Shown here: positions 9,799 to 19,623 of the stretch, piece after piece
Layout of the letters: the number at the start of each line of letters is the position of its first letter
How positions within the stretch are numbered: position 1 is the stretch's first letter
Source: Gemmatimonadota bacterium
GTDB lineage: Bacteria > Gemmatimonadota > Gemmatimonadetes > Gemmatimonadales > GWC2-71-9
NCBI GenBank assembly: GCA_039931815.1
Contig: JBDTRF010000001.1
Span: 1 to 50,923, forward strand
Direction of reading: 5' to 3'
DNA: 50,923 bases
Position numbers and translations under genes: made by a program
The notes under the pieces: model-generated
What the model saw: only the letters and a program-made list of their open reading frames with translations
Database searches by the model: none
Told to the model about the DNA's origin: nothing

Positions 9799-9970
9799 GA
9801 GAGGCCTGGCTCCAGTAGTAGGCGTCGACAGTCGGTAGATTAGTGTGCGAACCCCTGCTTTGGCAAGTCTGGACCAGGGCCTGTGCGCCTGTGGATATCG
9901 AGATCGTCTGTAACCCGCACTCTAACATTCTTCGCTGGCATCACACCCAACCACCAATCTGAGAAACCTT

Positions 9971-10630
9971 ATGCGACTGCATCTAGCTTCGATTCTGTTG
10001 GCCCTCGCCGCCGGCCCCGTCCTGGCCCAGGACACCACCCATGCTCATATGGATCATGACAACGCGGTGAAGGGTACCGGGACGCTGCCCCAGGGATGGA
10101 TGGCGCGCACGGATAACAACGCGGCCCTGACCTCGCTCAAGTTCGATGACATGGCGCCCGGGTGGCACCTCACCACCGGCCCCGCGGTCATCCTCTATCG
10201 AGACGCCGACAAAGTGACCGGAGGAGTCCATTCGGTTTCCAAGATTCACCTCTTCCCCGGTTCCGGTCACGCGGAAGGCTTTGGACTCTTCCTTGGGGGT
10301 CAGAATCTCCAGGCCCCCAGCCAGAGCTACACCTATTTCCTGATCCGGGGCGATGGGAAGTTTCTCATCAAGCGCCGGAATGGAGCGACGACTTCCAACG
10401 TCGTCGATTGGACCGCCAGCGACGCCATCGTGCAGCAGAAGCCGGATGGGGACGTCACGAACGAAATCAGCTTTCTCGTGAAACCTGACTCGGTCGACTT
10501 CATGGTGAATGGCAAGACGGTGTATACCGCTCCAGCAAGCGCGGTCGATACCAAGGGCATCATTGGATTCCGGGTCAATCACAACCTGAACCTGCACATT
10601 GAAGCGCTTGGAGTGCATCCGCTGCACTAG
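9971..10630 (+). CDS. secreted protein, concanavalin/LamG-like jelly-roll (DUF1080-like)
   Basis: Signal peptide MRLHLASILLALAAGPVLAQ. Beta-rich sequence with FGLFLGG, YFLIRGDGKFLIKRR and IGFRVNHNLNLHI, reminiscent of DUF1080 / 3-keto-disaccharide-hydrolase-like domains. A strong terminator follows. Confidence 0.65.
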   Translation: MRLHLASILLALAAGPVLAQDTTHAHMDHDNAVKGTGTLPQGWMARTDNNAALTSLKFDDMAPGWHLTTGPAVILYRDADKVTGGVHSVSKIHLFPGSGHAEGFGLFLGGQNLQAPSQSYTYFLIRGDGKFLIKRRNGATTSNVVDWTASDAIVQQKPDGDVTNEISFLVKPDSVDFMVNGKTVYTAPASAVDTKGIIGFRVNHNLNLHIEALGVHPLH

Positions 10631-10683
10631 GGCCTCGGGCGGTCAGTCGGAGCAATGGTTGCCTGTGAATTTGGTGTGCACTG

Positions 10684-10728
10684 CTGCCCCGGTCCTTCCG
10701 AAACTGGAAAGGCCGGGGCAGTTTTTTT
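10684..10728 (+). terminator. rho-independent terminator shared by convergent genes
   Basis: CTGCCCCGG..CCGGGGCAG stem with inner partial pairing, followed by a T7 run. It lies between the stops of 9971..10630 (+) and 10736..12049 (-). Confidence 0.75.
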
Positions 10729-10735
10729 GACGGGT

Positions 10736-12049
10736 TCAAGAGCTCGACTGATCCTTGAGCGCTTCTTCCGCGGTACGCCGCACGGGACCCTCCCCCTCTT
10801 TCACCAGTCGCTCCAGCGCCCGACGGACGACCGCCACGTTTTTTCTCCCGGCCAGGGCCTGGACAATCGCGAGGCGCTGCGACATCGGCCGGCCCGCCTT
10901 GAGCATGGGGTGACGGTCGAGCGCCAACGTCACCAGCTCATTCATCCCTTCCGTAGAGTCGATTCCCGCCAGCGCCGTCATCAGGGCAGACCATGCGACC
11001 GGGTCCTTTTCACTCTCCAGGGCTGCGACCAGCGGCATCGCAAGACCGGGCGAGCTCCGCCGGGAAAGGGCGTGCGCCGCGCTCGCGCGAGTCAGCGGTG
11101 AAGGGTCGGCGAGGGCTCGTCGAATCGGCAGGATAACCGATTGATCGGGAAATTCCGCGAGCGCCAGCACGGCGGCCTGGCGCGCCCGCGCGTCCGGGTG
11201 CTCCATCGCCGATCGCAGGGCAGGAATCGTATCCGGCACCTGGAGGCGACCAAGGAGTTCTGCGCTGTGTCGTACCTCGTGCCAGCGCGGACTGGAAAGG
11301 AGTGGCAGCAGCAGCGGCACTGAATCCGGAGTGGACGCGAGAATGTCGTGGATGAAGCGCCGAGGGCCAATCGATTCGGATTGACAGATGTGATCGACCA
11401 TGAGCTCGATGGCTTCGGGCCCGGAGAATTGAAGCACCTCGGCTATCCTGGCCTGCTCTTCGGTGGATCGCATGGAGAACTGGATGAACTCATCCAGCAT
11501 TCGCCGGGTGAAAATCCGGCGCAGCGACAGCAGATACGCGCGACGCTCGTGATCGGGAAATCGGAGGGTGAGCCGGACCAGGGCCTGCGCGGCATGGAGC
11601 GCCTCCATCCAGTTACCCTGGTCAAAGCTGTGATCGAGCGCGGTCGCGATCCTCTGGGCTTCATCCACCGGACCGGACATGGTTCGTGACCGGGACGGAG
11701 GTGGCTCGTCGGGGAGCGACACTGGCGGGGGAGCAACCGGGTGAAGGTCGCTTCGCACCGCGGAGGCAGGAAGCAGCTCTACCTGGATTCCGGAGGAGCT
11801 TCCGACTGGCAGGTCATCACTCGCCAGCGCCCGCGCCAGTGTCAGGACCTCGGCGGGCGGCGCGTCTTCCGAGACGACAATCGAGTCCACGCGGCGATAG
11901 AGCAGGCGGCCCTTGAGGCTGTTGTCATCGGGAACCTGCGAACCTTCGATCCCGGCTTCGATGAGCACGGGACCCAACAGGGCAGCCATGGCGCGGCGCA
12001 GAGCGTCCTTCTGATCGGCCACGTTCGTCGGCTCACGGCGAAGCAACAC
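10736..12049 (-). CDS. HEAT-repeat domain protein
   Basis: The C-terminal half shows repeated HEAT/PBS-lyase-like units: VRHSAELLGRLQVPDTIPALRSAMEHPDARARQAAVLALAEF, ILPIRRALADPSPLTRASAAHALS, PLVAALESEKDPVAWSALMTALAGI and VRRTAEEALK. GTG start. Confidence 0.8.
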   Translation of the reverse strand: MLLRREPTNVADQKDALRRAMAALLGPVLIEAGIEGSQVPDDNSLKGRLLYRRVDSIVVSEDAPPAEVLTLARALASDDLPVGSSSGIQVELLPASAVRSDLHPVAPPPVSLPDEPPPSRSRTMSGPVDEAQRIATALDHSFDQGNWMEALHAAQALVRLTLRFPDHERRAYLLSLRRIFTRRMLDEFIQFSMRSTEEQARIAEVLQFSGPEAIELMVDHICQSESIGPRRFIHDILASTPDSVPLLLPLLSSPRWHEVRHSAELLGRLQVPDTIPALRSAMEHPDARARQAAVLALAEFPDQSVILPIRRALADPSPLTRASAAHALSRRSSPGLAMPLVAALESEKDPVAWSALMTALAGIDSTEGMNELVTLALDRHPMLKAGRPMSQRLAIVQALAGRKNVAVVRRALERLVKEGEGPVRRTAEEALKDQSSS

Positions 12050-12294
12050 GACGAGCCTGCCGAAGTGTTGATCGAAGCGCTCTGCCGTCCATTGAGAGTT
12101 TCTAGCCAGGGTGATGATACCCGTCAGATGGGGTCATGGTCGCCGCCAGGAACGCCGTGAAGATCGAGAATCTTTGCAAGTGCCCCGCCGTATTGTTCGA
12201 TAAAACATTGTCACATCTGGCGTTATTCAGGGAAATACCACATAGTAGTAGAGGTCAAACAGCCCCTCCCCGTCAACCCGCTCAAGGAGATATC

Positions 12295-13131
12295 ATGCTT
12301 CGCTTGTCGAAGTCAACATTCCTGCTGGGTACTGCTCTCACGCTGGTCGCAGTCTCGCAGGCTTCGGCGCAGGTCTCCGTCGGTGCTGATGCGGGAATTT
12401 TCAGCTCCTATGTATGGCGCGGCCTCACCCTCAGCAGCAAGCCCGTCATTCAGCCGGACCTCTGGGTCTCGGTTCCGGTGGGAAGCGGGTCAATCACGGT
12501 CGGCGGATGGGGTAATGTCGAACTCGGGAAATACGACGGGACCAACGACATCAGCGAAGGCGGCGGCCAGGCTGGCCCGGACCTCACCGAGTTTGACTGG
12601 TGGGGCGAGTACGGCAACACCTTTGGCAAGGCGACTCTGACACTTGGCGCCACCGGATACATCTACCCGAATGATTTCGGACTTACCAGCGACGCGAACA
12701 CCATCGAAGTGTACGGACGCCTGGGCTTCGCCACCGTGTTATCTCCGAGGTTCTCAGCTTACTATGACGTGGACAAGATCAAGGGATTCTATTTTGAAGG
12801 CATGGTGAATCACTCGATCCAGGTCTCGCCGTCTTTCTCCCTCACCCTCGGCGCGCTGGCCGGGCTGAGCGCGGGCCAGGGGATCAACGACGATCCCGCT
12901 TCAGACGAATCATCGAATTTCTTCGACGACGGGTTGACCCACGTGGACCTTTCCGCGTCGACCTCCTTCAGCGCCGGATCGTTGTCTTTCGCGCCGGCCT
13001 TCCATTTTCAGATCAACAGCGATGAGGCGACCAAGCCGCACAACGCCGACCCCGCCAAGTTCGATGAAAGCACCAAGATCTGGTTCGGCATGACCATCAG
13101 CTGGGCCGGTGGAGGCAGCGACGAAGAGTAG
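12295..13131 (+). CDS. outer-membrane beta-barrel protein (TorF/TIGR02001-like putative porin)
   Basis: Track ORF trimmed to ATG 12295, preceded by AAGGAGA. Signal peptide MLRLSKSTFLLGTALTLVAVSQASAQ. GIFSSYVWRGLTLS motif and alternating beta-strand pattern. Confidence 0.75.
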   Translation: MLRLSKSTFLLGTALTLVAVSQASAQVSVGADAGIFSSYVWRGLTLSSKPVIQPDLWVSVPVGSGSITVGGWGNVELGKYDGTNDISEGGGQAGPDLTEFDWWGEYGNTFGKATLTLGATGYIYPNDFGLTSDANTIEVYGRLGFATVLSPRFSAYYDVDKIKGFYFEGMVNHSIQVSPSFSLTLGALAGLSAGQGINDDPASDESSNFFDDGLTHVDLSASTSFSAGSLSFAPAFHFQINSDEATKPHNADPAKFDESTKIWFGMTISWAGGGSDEE

Positions 13132-13413
13132 CTGATGATGTAAGCTTCCTGCATAGCGCATATCGCGACACGGCGTAACGTCGAGAGTAACGGAAAGGGG
13201 TTGGAGATCTGGTCGAGGTAGGCGACTCGAGATCTTCAATCCCTTCTGTTTCCAGTGGACAACTGCTTCACGCGGAGCTGTCCGAGGAACTGTTGCTGTT
13301 TTGACGCTCGTGAATCGAACATAGTCACGAGACGATTCCCCCCCTTGCGATCTCTCTTTACGCTCGGGAAGACAGGGCAATGCCGTCACGGCCTCGTCGC
13401 CACGCTTTCCCTC

Positions 13414-14754
13414 CTACAGGGTCCTGAACGTATCCTCCAGGCGATTGAGCACTTCCTTCAGGAGCGAGGTTGCGATTCCCAGTGCTGGCTCCAGCCGAAT
13501 CACCCGGGCATTCGCATAGGTTCCCGCCACCAGCACCCCGCGTTTGAACAGCCCGGACGCCACTTTCCAGCCGATCTCCTGCTGATGGAACTCGAGACCG
13601 ATCAACAACCCCTTTCCGTGAACATCCTTGAGAATCTGGGGATAGCGGGCCTGGAGCCCATGAAGTTCCGTGAGCATCATCGCGCCCTTGGTAGCCGCCT
13701 GGCCTGGCAGGTCTTCGTCGAGCGTCACCTCGATCGCGGCGATGCCGGCGGCGCATGCGAGAGGGTTCCCCCCGAATGTCGTCGAGTGAATGATCGGATT
13801 CGGGATCATGACTTCCCAGATTTTGGCGGTGGACACGAACGCGGAGAGCGGCATAACACCGCCACCGAGTGATTTTCCGAGGCACATGATGTCGGGAACC
13901 ACGTTCCAATGGTCCACGCCCCAGAGCTTCCCCGTCCGCCCCATGCCGGTCTGCACTTCATCGGCAATCAGGAGGGCACCGTAGCGGGTGCAGAGTTCGC
14001 GAACCCGGGGGAAGTAATCGTCCGGCGGCACCACCGCCCCTGCCTCACCCTGCACCGGTTCGAGGACGACACCCGCGATTTTCACCCCGACCAGTTCCGC
14101 CCGGACAAACTCCTGTTCCATTTCACCAGCATCACCAAAAGGAACGAACCTCACGTCCTGCATCCCCTCCTGGAACGGTTCCCGGAACATCGCCTTGCCC
14201 ATGAGCGAGAGGGATCCGAAGGACTTGCCATGGAAGCCGGACAGGGTGGAGATAAATGTGTGGCGCCGGGTGTAGAGCCGAGTGAGCTTGATGGCCCCTT
14301 CGATAGCATCGGTCCCGTTGTTGATGAAGAACGAATTGTTGAGATCGCCCGGAGTGACTTCGGCCAGAAGGCGCGCGAGCGCCCCCCGCCAGGGCTCGAG
14401 CAGCTCCTGGCTGTTGAGGGCCATCCGCTTCATCTGTGTAACAACGGCGTGCACGATTTTTGGATGATTGACCCCCGCGCTGAAAATTCCGAAGCCACCG
14501 AGGCAATCGATGAACTCGCGACCGAGAATGTCCTTGAGGAGAGCGCCTTCACCGGACCATTCAATGGCGGCAAACTGACCGGCTTCCGTCACCGACTTCC
14601 GGTAAGTGATGAACCCGCGGTTGTAATAGGTCGCGTAGTTATCGACGGTCTCGCTGATCAGGCTGTGTTTTTCTTCCAGCGAGAGCTCACTGGCATTGAG
14701 CAGATGCAGGTAGTGGCGGGCGTGTTGCAGCACTTCGGAGTTATCGAGTCGCAA
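13414..14754 (-). CDS. patA: class-III PLP aminotransferase, putrescine aminotransferase-like
   Basis: Long collinear similarity to E. coli YgjG/PatA as I remember it: YNRGFITYRKSVT, EFIDCLGGFGIF, LNSQELLEP, GFHGKS.GSLS, LIADEVQTGMGRTGK, PDI.CLGKSLGGGVMP (PLP lysine) and TTFGGNPLACAAG. Confidence 0.85.
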   Translation of the reverse strand: MRLDNSEVLQHARHYLHLLNASELSLEEKHSLISETVDNYATYYNRGFITYRKSVTEAGQFAAIEWSGEGALLKDILGREFIDCLGGFGIFSAGVNHPKIVHAVVTQMKRMALNSQELLEPWRGALARLLAEVTPGDLNNSFFINNGTDAIEGAIKLTRLYTRRHTFISTLSGFHGKSFGSLSLMGKAMFREPFQEGMQDVRFVPFGDAGEMEQEFVRAELVGVKIAGVVLEPVQGEAGAVVPPDDYFPRVRELCTRYGALLIADEVQTGMGRTGKLWGVDHWNVVPDIMCLGKSLGGGVMPLSAFVSTAKIWEVMIPNPIIHSTTFGGNPLACAAGIAAIEVTLDEDLPGQAATKGAMMLTELHGLQARYPQILKDVHGKGLLIGLEFHQQEIGWKVASGLFKRGVLVAGTYANARVIRLEPALGIATSLLKEVLNRLEDTFRTL

Positions 14755-14900
14755 TTAATCGGCGCTCCTTTCAATTGGGTGGCGGAGGGATGAGACGGGA
14801 GGAAATCGGCCTGGTCTCGGATCTCTCGCGAGTACCCGCCTCGGGCTACGTAGCCCTTGCCGACAATGGTCCTGAGTCTGCCGTCCCACCCGCCTGCCAC

Positions 14901-16166
14901 CTATTGGCTCAGCCAGTCCCGAAACCGATACCATCCGCCGGCCAGTGGAAGAAACCACGGGTGGCCATTGTACAGCGGGATCAGGGGAAAGTCCAATGCC
15001 GCAACCGCGGGGAGGGGAACCCCTGAGGCCACATGCTGACCCAGCCGGTCTCCCAGGTAGGTCGCCATGGCCACCCCATGTCCACAGTACCCGCCGGCGC
15101 AGAGAATTCCATCGACTCGCCCTGCGTGTGGCATATGGTCTCTGGTAAACCCGACGTTGCCAGACCAGGCAAACTCGATCGGAGAGTTCGACAGTTGCGG
15201 AAAGATATCGGTCATATCCCGCTGGAGAATTGCGCGGAGACGTGCCGGGCTGGCGCGCATGAACGATGCCCGGCCCCCAAAGACGAGACGACGATCCGGC
15301 GATATCCGGAAATAGTGCAGCAGGTTCCGGCTGTCGCTCACCACCCTGCCACCAGGGAGGATCTCGGCCGCGAGAGAGTTCGACAACGGCGCTGTCGCGA
15401 CGATGTGGCTGCCAATAGGTACGATGCGCCGCCTGAGCCCGGGATGAAAAGGGCCGCTATAGCCGTTGGTCGCGAGGATCAGCTGATCGACCTCGATGCG
15501 GCCGCGGGAAGATTCGACCACAGTTCTCGAGCCCCGACGCCTGAAGCGGGTGGCGATGGTATCGGTCACCAGGGTAGCTCCAGCAATCGCGGCCGCATGG
15601 CCAAGCCCGGAGAGGAGGCGCGCCGGGTGAACCCGCGCTCCCAGCGGGTCGAGAAGGCCGCCGCAATACCGCGGCGATCCCACCGCGTGCCGAGTTTCGC
15701 GCTCGCCGAGCAGGGTCGTTGCCGCGCCGAACGAAGTGTTCAGAAGATGGGAAGAGGCCGCCAGTGCGCGGTACTGCCGGGGTGACTCTGCCACCGTGAT
15801 ATGGCCACCCTGGTCAAAGTCGCAGTCAATACACTCCGCCCCGATCAGCGCCTTCAGGAAATCGATGGACGCGAGAGAATCCTGATAAAGCGCGCGAGAA
15901 CGATCAAGTCCAAGCCGCTGGACCAGGACAGCCATGTCCAGCTGGAACCCCGGTAACACGAAACCACCATTCCGGGTGCTGGCGCCGGCGCCGAGTGATT
16001 CTTTCTCGAGCACGGCGACCGAGACGCCGGCACGGGCCAGAGCTCGAGCGGCCGCGAGACCGGTGTACCCGCCGCCGACGACGGCAACATCCGCGCGTTC
16101 GGGAATCTGCCCACCGCCTGTCGGCGGTGGCGGTGTCGATTCATGCCAGAGACAGTCTGAGGGCAT
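14901..16166 (-). CDS. FAD-dependent oxidoreductase (DAO family, gamma-glutamylputrescine-oxidase-like)
   Basis: Rossmann motif ADVAVVGGGYTGLAAARALARAGVSVAVLE, and overall DAO-family length (421 aa). Immediately upstream of, and co-oriented with, the patA-like gene. Confidence 0.85.
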   Translation of the reverse strand: MPSDCLWHESTPPPPTGGGQIPERADVAVVGGGYTGLAAARALARAGVSVAVLEKESLGAGASTRNGGFVLPGFQLDMAVLVQRLGLDRSRALYQDSLASIDFLKALIGAECIDCDFDQGGHITVAESPRQYRALAASSHLLNTSFGAATTLLGERETRHAVGSPRYCGGLLDPLGARVHPARLLSGLGHAAAIAGATLVTDTIATRFRRRGSRTVVESSRGRIEVDQLILATNGYSGPFHPGLRRRIVPIGSHIVATAPLSNSLAAEILPGGRVVSDSRNLLHYFRISPDRRLVFGGRASFMRASPARLRAILQRDMTDIFPQLSNSPIEFAWSGNVGFTRDHMPHAGRVDGILCAGGYCGHGVAMATYLGDRLGQHVASGVPLPAVAALDFPLIPLYNGHPWFLPLAGGWYRFRDWLSQ

Positions 16167-16393
16167 GCCACCTCGTGCAGGGATTTGAGGGACGGCGCGG
16201 AGAAACGTTTACCCGTGAGGAGCAACGGCGGAGATATCAGCAGCTTCCAATACAATCAACTCTTTCACGATGGTAGTACTCGCCGGGAAGAGAATTTGAG
16301 GTGTGACGCCCCCACAAATGTTCGCCGGGGATCAGCGCGACAAGCGTGATGTGAATCGACTGAACGTGGTCCTTCGGTCTTACCCGGGTCGAC

Positions 16394-17560
16394 CTATCGT
16401 AATGCCTGCACGACTGGCATTTTTGCCGCCCGTCGCGCGGGGAAAAACCCGCCGACAATCCCCATAACCACCGCGAAGGTCAGACCGGCGAGCAGCAGGC
16501 CTGGCGTGACCCGGAAACTGAACGCGATTTCACTGAAGCTGGCCCAGTTGGTCGTACTGGTGACGAGTCCATTGATGGGAAGCGCGAGGATGGCGCCGAT
16601 GATCCCGCCCATAAACGCGATCAGCGCCGACTCGGCCACAAAGCTCGCCATCACACTGCGGGGATGAAACCCCAGCGTCAGGAGCACCGCAATCTCGGGC
16701 GTCCTCGACGCGACGGCGGCATACATGGTATTCACGGCACCAAAGACCGCCCCGACCGCCATGATCGTGGTGATGGCGATCGCGAGAACCTGGAGGAGAC
16801 CGCCGAGCGCCGCCGACTGTTCCACATAGAAGTCTGACTCCCGGTGCACATCGACTGTCAACCGCTGGTCCGCCTCCAGCGCACGCTTGGCTTCATTGAA
16901 AGCGGCCGGATCCTTGAGCCGGAAGGTCACCGACTGAAACACATCGCCGCGAAAGACCGGCATGAATTGTTCGTTTTCTCCCCAGATCTCCGATTCGAAC
17001 GCAGAGCCACCCGCGCTGAAGTGGCAGACCACGTTCCAGTCTCTCCCGCCGAATCGGAGTTTGTCCCCGACGGCCGTATGAGGAAAACGAGGCGCAATGG
17101 TTTTACCGATGCAGATCTCGGCCCGGCCGGAAACAGGGCGCTGTCCTTCAATGACCTGCACGTTCTTTCGCACCGTCCACGCGGCGTCCGTGATCCCTCT
17201 GACCACAACGTTTGCCACCGCGCCGCTGTCATCACCCAGTCGTGTCAGCGGGATAACGACATACACTTCCGGGCTCAGCATCGCGCGACCATCGGACCCC
17301 GCGGCCACGTGAGGGGAAGCGGAGAGTATACTGGCTGAGGCCCGATCGATCCCGCTCGACAACTCAGAATCAGCCCCACGGCGCAGCACCAGGACATTGG
17401 CGCTCGAGCCGGTCTTCGTCAGCGCTGCGCGAAAACCATTGGCCAGCGCCAGCATTCCGATGAAGACGGCGACCACCAGTCCAATCCCGAGCGCGGTAAA
17501 CAGGGTTGAAACGGGTCGCTGCAGAACGCTTCGCGCGTTGTAGACGAGTGGGATTTTCAT
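16394..17560 (-). CDS. ABC transporter permease, FtsX/MacB-type
   Basis: Track ORF trimmed to MKIPLVYNARSVLQRPVSTLFTALGIGLVVAV. One TM, a large periplasmic domain, then three C-terminal TMs ending GGFFPARRAAKMPVVQALR (typical FtsX tail). Confidence 0.85.
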   Translation of the reverse strand: MKIPLVYNARSVLQRPVSTLFTALGIGLVVAVFIGMLALANGFRAALTKTGSSANVLVLRRGADSELSSGIDRASASILSASPHVAAGSDGRAMLSPEVYVVIPLTRLGDDSGAVANVVVRGITDAAWTVRKNVQVIEGQRPVSGRAEICIGKTIAPRFPHTAVGDKLRFGGRDWNVVCHFSAGGSAFESEIWGENEQFMPVFRGDVFQSVTFRLKDPAAFNEAKRALEADQRLTVDVHRESDFYVEQSAALGGLLQVLAIAITTIMAVGAVFGAVNTMYAAVASRTPEIAVLLTLGFHPRSVMASFVAESALIAFMGGIIGAILALPINGLVTSTTNWASFSEIAFSFRVTPGLLLAGLTFAVVMGIVGGFFPARRAAKMPVVQALR

Positions 17561-17719
17561 CGGGTGCTCATTTTCCGGGAGACAAGTAGAACTCAAACCC
17601 CTGATGCTTCGAGGCATTGGAGCGCAGAACGCCAGCACTGCCTGAGAATGCGCGATCGGACCGTGCCGGACCATCCACCTTCAGGAGGAACTCCGATGCA
17701 AGGTCGACTGGGAACCGGG

Positions 17720-18862
17720 TTACTCGACGCGGCGAAGCGCCTGGACCACCGGCAGCTTCGCCGCGCGAATCGCCGGCACCAGGCCGCTCGCGAGCATGAG
17801 CAGCAGCGCGATACCGAAACCGATCGCCAGCGTGCTGTTGGTCACCCGGAAACCGGGCAGGGCCCCGCCGCCATTGAAATTGGTGGACTGGTAAAGCCAC
17901 CGGGCGCCTCCGAGGCCGATGATGGCGCCGGTGATTGTGATCAGGCCGGCTTCCAGCATCACCAGGCCAAAGAGTGTCCCATCGGTAAAGCCGATGGTCT
18001 TGAGTACTCCCACCTCGGCGGTGCGTTCGCGGGCACTCATCATCATCGCGTTGGCGGTCACCAGGAGTATGGCGAACACGACCGCCATGCCGATGGTCCC
18101 CATGAGCAGGCTCACGTTGCCCCACATTGTCGCGAAGCTGGCGTTGAACGCCTGCTCTGTACCGGTCTTGGTGGCGTCCCGTGAGTTTCTGAACTGGTCA
18201 TCAATAATCCGGGCAATCCGGGCCGCGTTGTCCGGTCGATCGATTCGCATCACATACCATCCCGCCAATCCCGGCCGGCCCGTACGTTCTTCCAGGAAAT
18301 CATGGTGGAAGAGAAAGGCGTCGTCCGGAAAGGTCTTGTCGGTCGGGGTATAGACCCCGCGAATGGTGAAGGTCCAATCTCCGGGATATATCGTCCCCTG
18401 GATGGTCACGTCCTGGCCGAGTTTCCAGCCGAAGACATCAAGAAGGCGATTGCCGACAATAGCGGCGGATCGTTCGTGGAGGAACGCCTGCTTCTGATCT
18501 TCCGGCAGGCCGGATTCCGGGTACATCGACAGATAGGACTCGGGGTCAATCGCGAATTGCGCGAAGAATCGCTTGCCGTCGCCATACCGTCCGCCGAACC
18601 AGTTGGCGAATGTGACGGCCTCAACGCCGGGTACCGCCTGGATCCGGTTGGCGTAGCTGAGCGGAAGCGCAAACGTGATCCCGGTGGCGTTGTTGGTCAC
18701 CAGCCGCCGAGCGTTGCCCAGCTGTGCCGTTGCATCAATGGTGGTAACGACGCTGCGAAGCGTGGCATACAGGAAGAGTGCCAGCGCCACACTGGCGATC
18801 GTGAGAATCGTGCGCCGCTTGTGGCGGCCAAGGTTGGCGACGACCAGGTGAAGGAATTTCAT
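17720..18862 (-). CDS. ABC transporter permease, FtsX/MacB-type
   Basis: [32 protein letters not shown]..., then a periplasmic domain and a C-terminal FtsX module ending PAIRAAKLPVVQALRRVE. Overlaps the upstream ATPase gene by 4 nt. Confidence 0.85.
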   Translation of the reverse strand: MKFLHLVVANLGRHKRRTILTIASVALALFLYATLRSVVTTIDATAQLGNARRLVTNNATGITFALPLSYANRIQAVPGVEAVTFANWFGGRYGDGKRFFAQFAIDPESYLSMYPESGLPEDQKQAFLHERSAAIVGNRLLDVFGWKLGQDVTIQGTIYPGDWTFTIRGVYTPTDKTFPDDAFLFHHDFLEERTGRPGLAGWYVMRIDRPDNAARIARIIDDQFRNSRDATKTGTEQAFNASFATMWGNVSLLMGTIGMAVVFAILLVTANAMMMSARERTAEVGVLKTIGFTDGTLFGLVMLEAGLITITGAIIGLGGARWLYQSTNFNGGGALPGFRVTNSTLAIGFGIALLLMLASGLVPAIRAAKLPVVQALRRVE

Positions 18863-19548
18863 ACCGCGACCGCCTCCCGTTCGATCAACCGTCCTTTCTC
18901 CAGTTGGAGCGTCGTCTTTGCACGCTCGGCGGCATGACCATCATGCGTCACCATGATGATGGTTTTCCTGAATTCATTGTTCAACCGCTGCAGCAGGTCG
19001 AGCACGTCCTGCGAGCTCTTGGCGTCGAGCTGCCCGGTTGGCTCGTCCAGAAGCACCAGGGTCGGGTCGGCGACGATCGCGCGGGCAATCGCCACGCGTT
19101 GTTCCTGTCCACCCGAAAGCTGGCGCGGGTAGTGCTTCATCCGATCGCCCAGGCCGACGACACCGAGGGCAACGCCGATCCGCTCCTCTCGATCTTTCTT
19201 CGAGAGATTGGTGAGCAGCAACGGGAGCTCCACGTTCTGCTGCGCCGTGAGCACCGGAAGCAGGTTCAGCTGCTGAAAGACGAAACCAATATGACTGGCG
19301 CGCCACCCCGCGAGCTTGCCGGGAGACATCGAGCTCACGTCGGCGCCGGCGACTCGCACGGTGCCGCTGGTCGGCTTGTCGAGGCCCGCCAGCATGTTGA
19401 GGAGAGTCGATTTGCCCGAGCCCGAGGGGCCCATCAGCGCCGTGAACGCGCCTTCCGCGATATCGAGCGTAAGATCGGTGAAGACATCGATCTTCTGGGC
19501 TTCACGCTGAAAGGATTTGTTGACGTTACGGATTTCGACGAGAGCCAT
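18859..19548 (-). CDS. ABC transporter ATP-binding protein (MacB/LolD-like)
   Basis: Walker [11 protein letters not shown]-loop, signature [14 protein letters not shown], Walker [10 protein letters not shown], and H-loop VTHD. Confidence 0.95.
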   Translation of the reverse strand: MALVEIRNVNKSFQREAQKIDVFTDLTLDIAEGAFTALMGPSGSGKSTLLNMLAGLDKPTSGTVRVAGADVSSMSPGKLAGWRASHIGFVFQQLNLLPVLTAQQNVELPLLLTNLSKKDREERIGVALGVVGLGDRMKHYPRQLSGGQEQRVAIARAIVADPTLVLLDEPTGQLDAKSSQDVLDLLQRLNNEFRKTIIMVTHDGHAAERAKTTLQLEKGRLIEREAVAV

Positions 19549-19623
19549 AAATCACTCGGTAGTTTGGGTTGTGCATTCGAATATCATCGCTGCCGCCCTG
19601 CTAGTGTGTTGCCGCCCCGCGTT

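Noticed and set aside
13132-13413. 282-nt gap between the porin gene and the patA-like gene, with BglII-type palindromes (GAGATCT ... AGATCT).
   Set aside because: Only 6-7-bp self-complementary sites are present, with no U-tract and no extended stem. This is ordinary convergent-gene spacer with no supportable feature.
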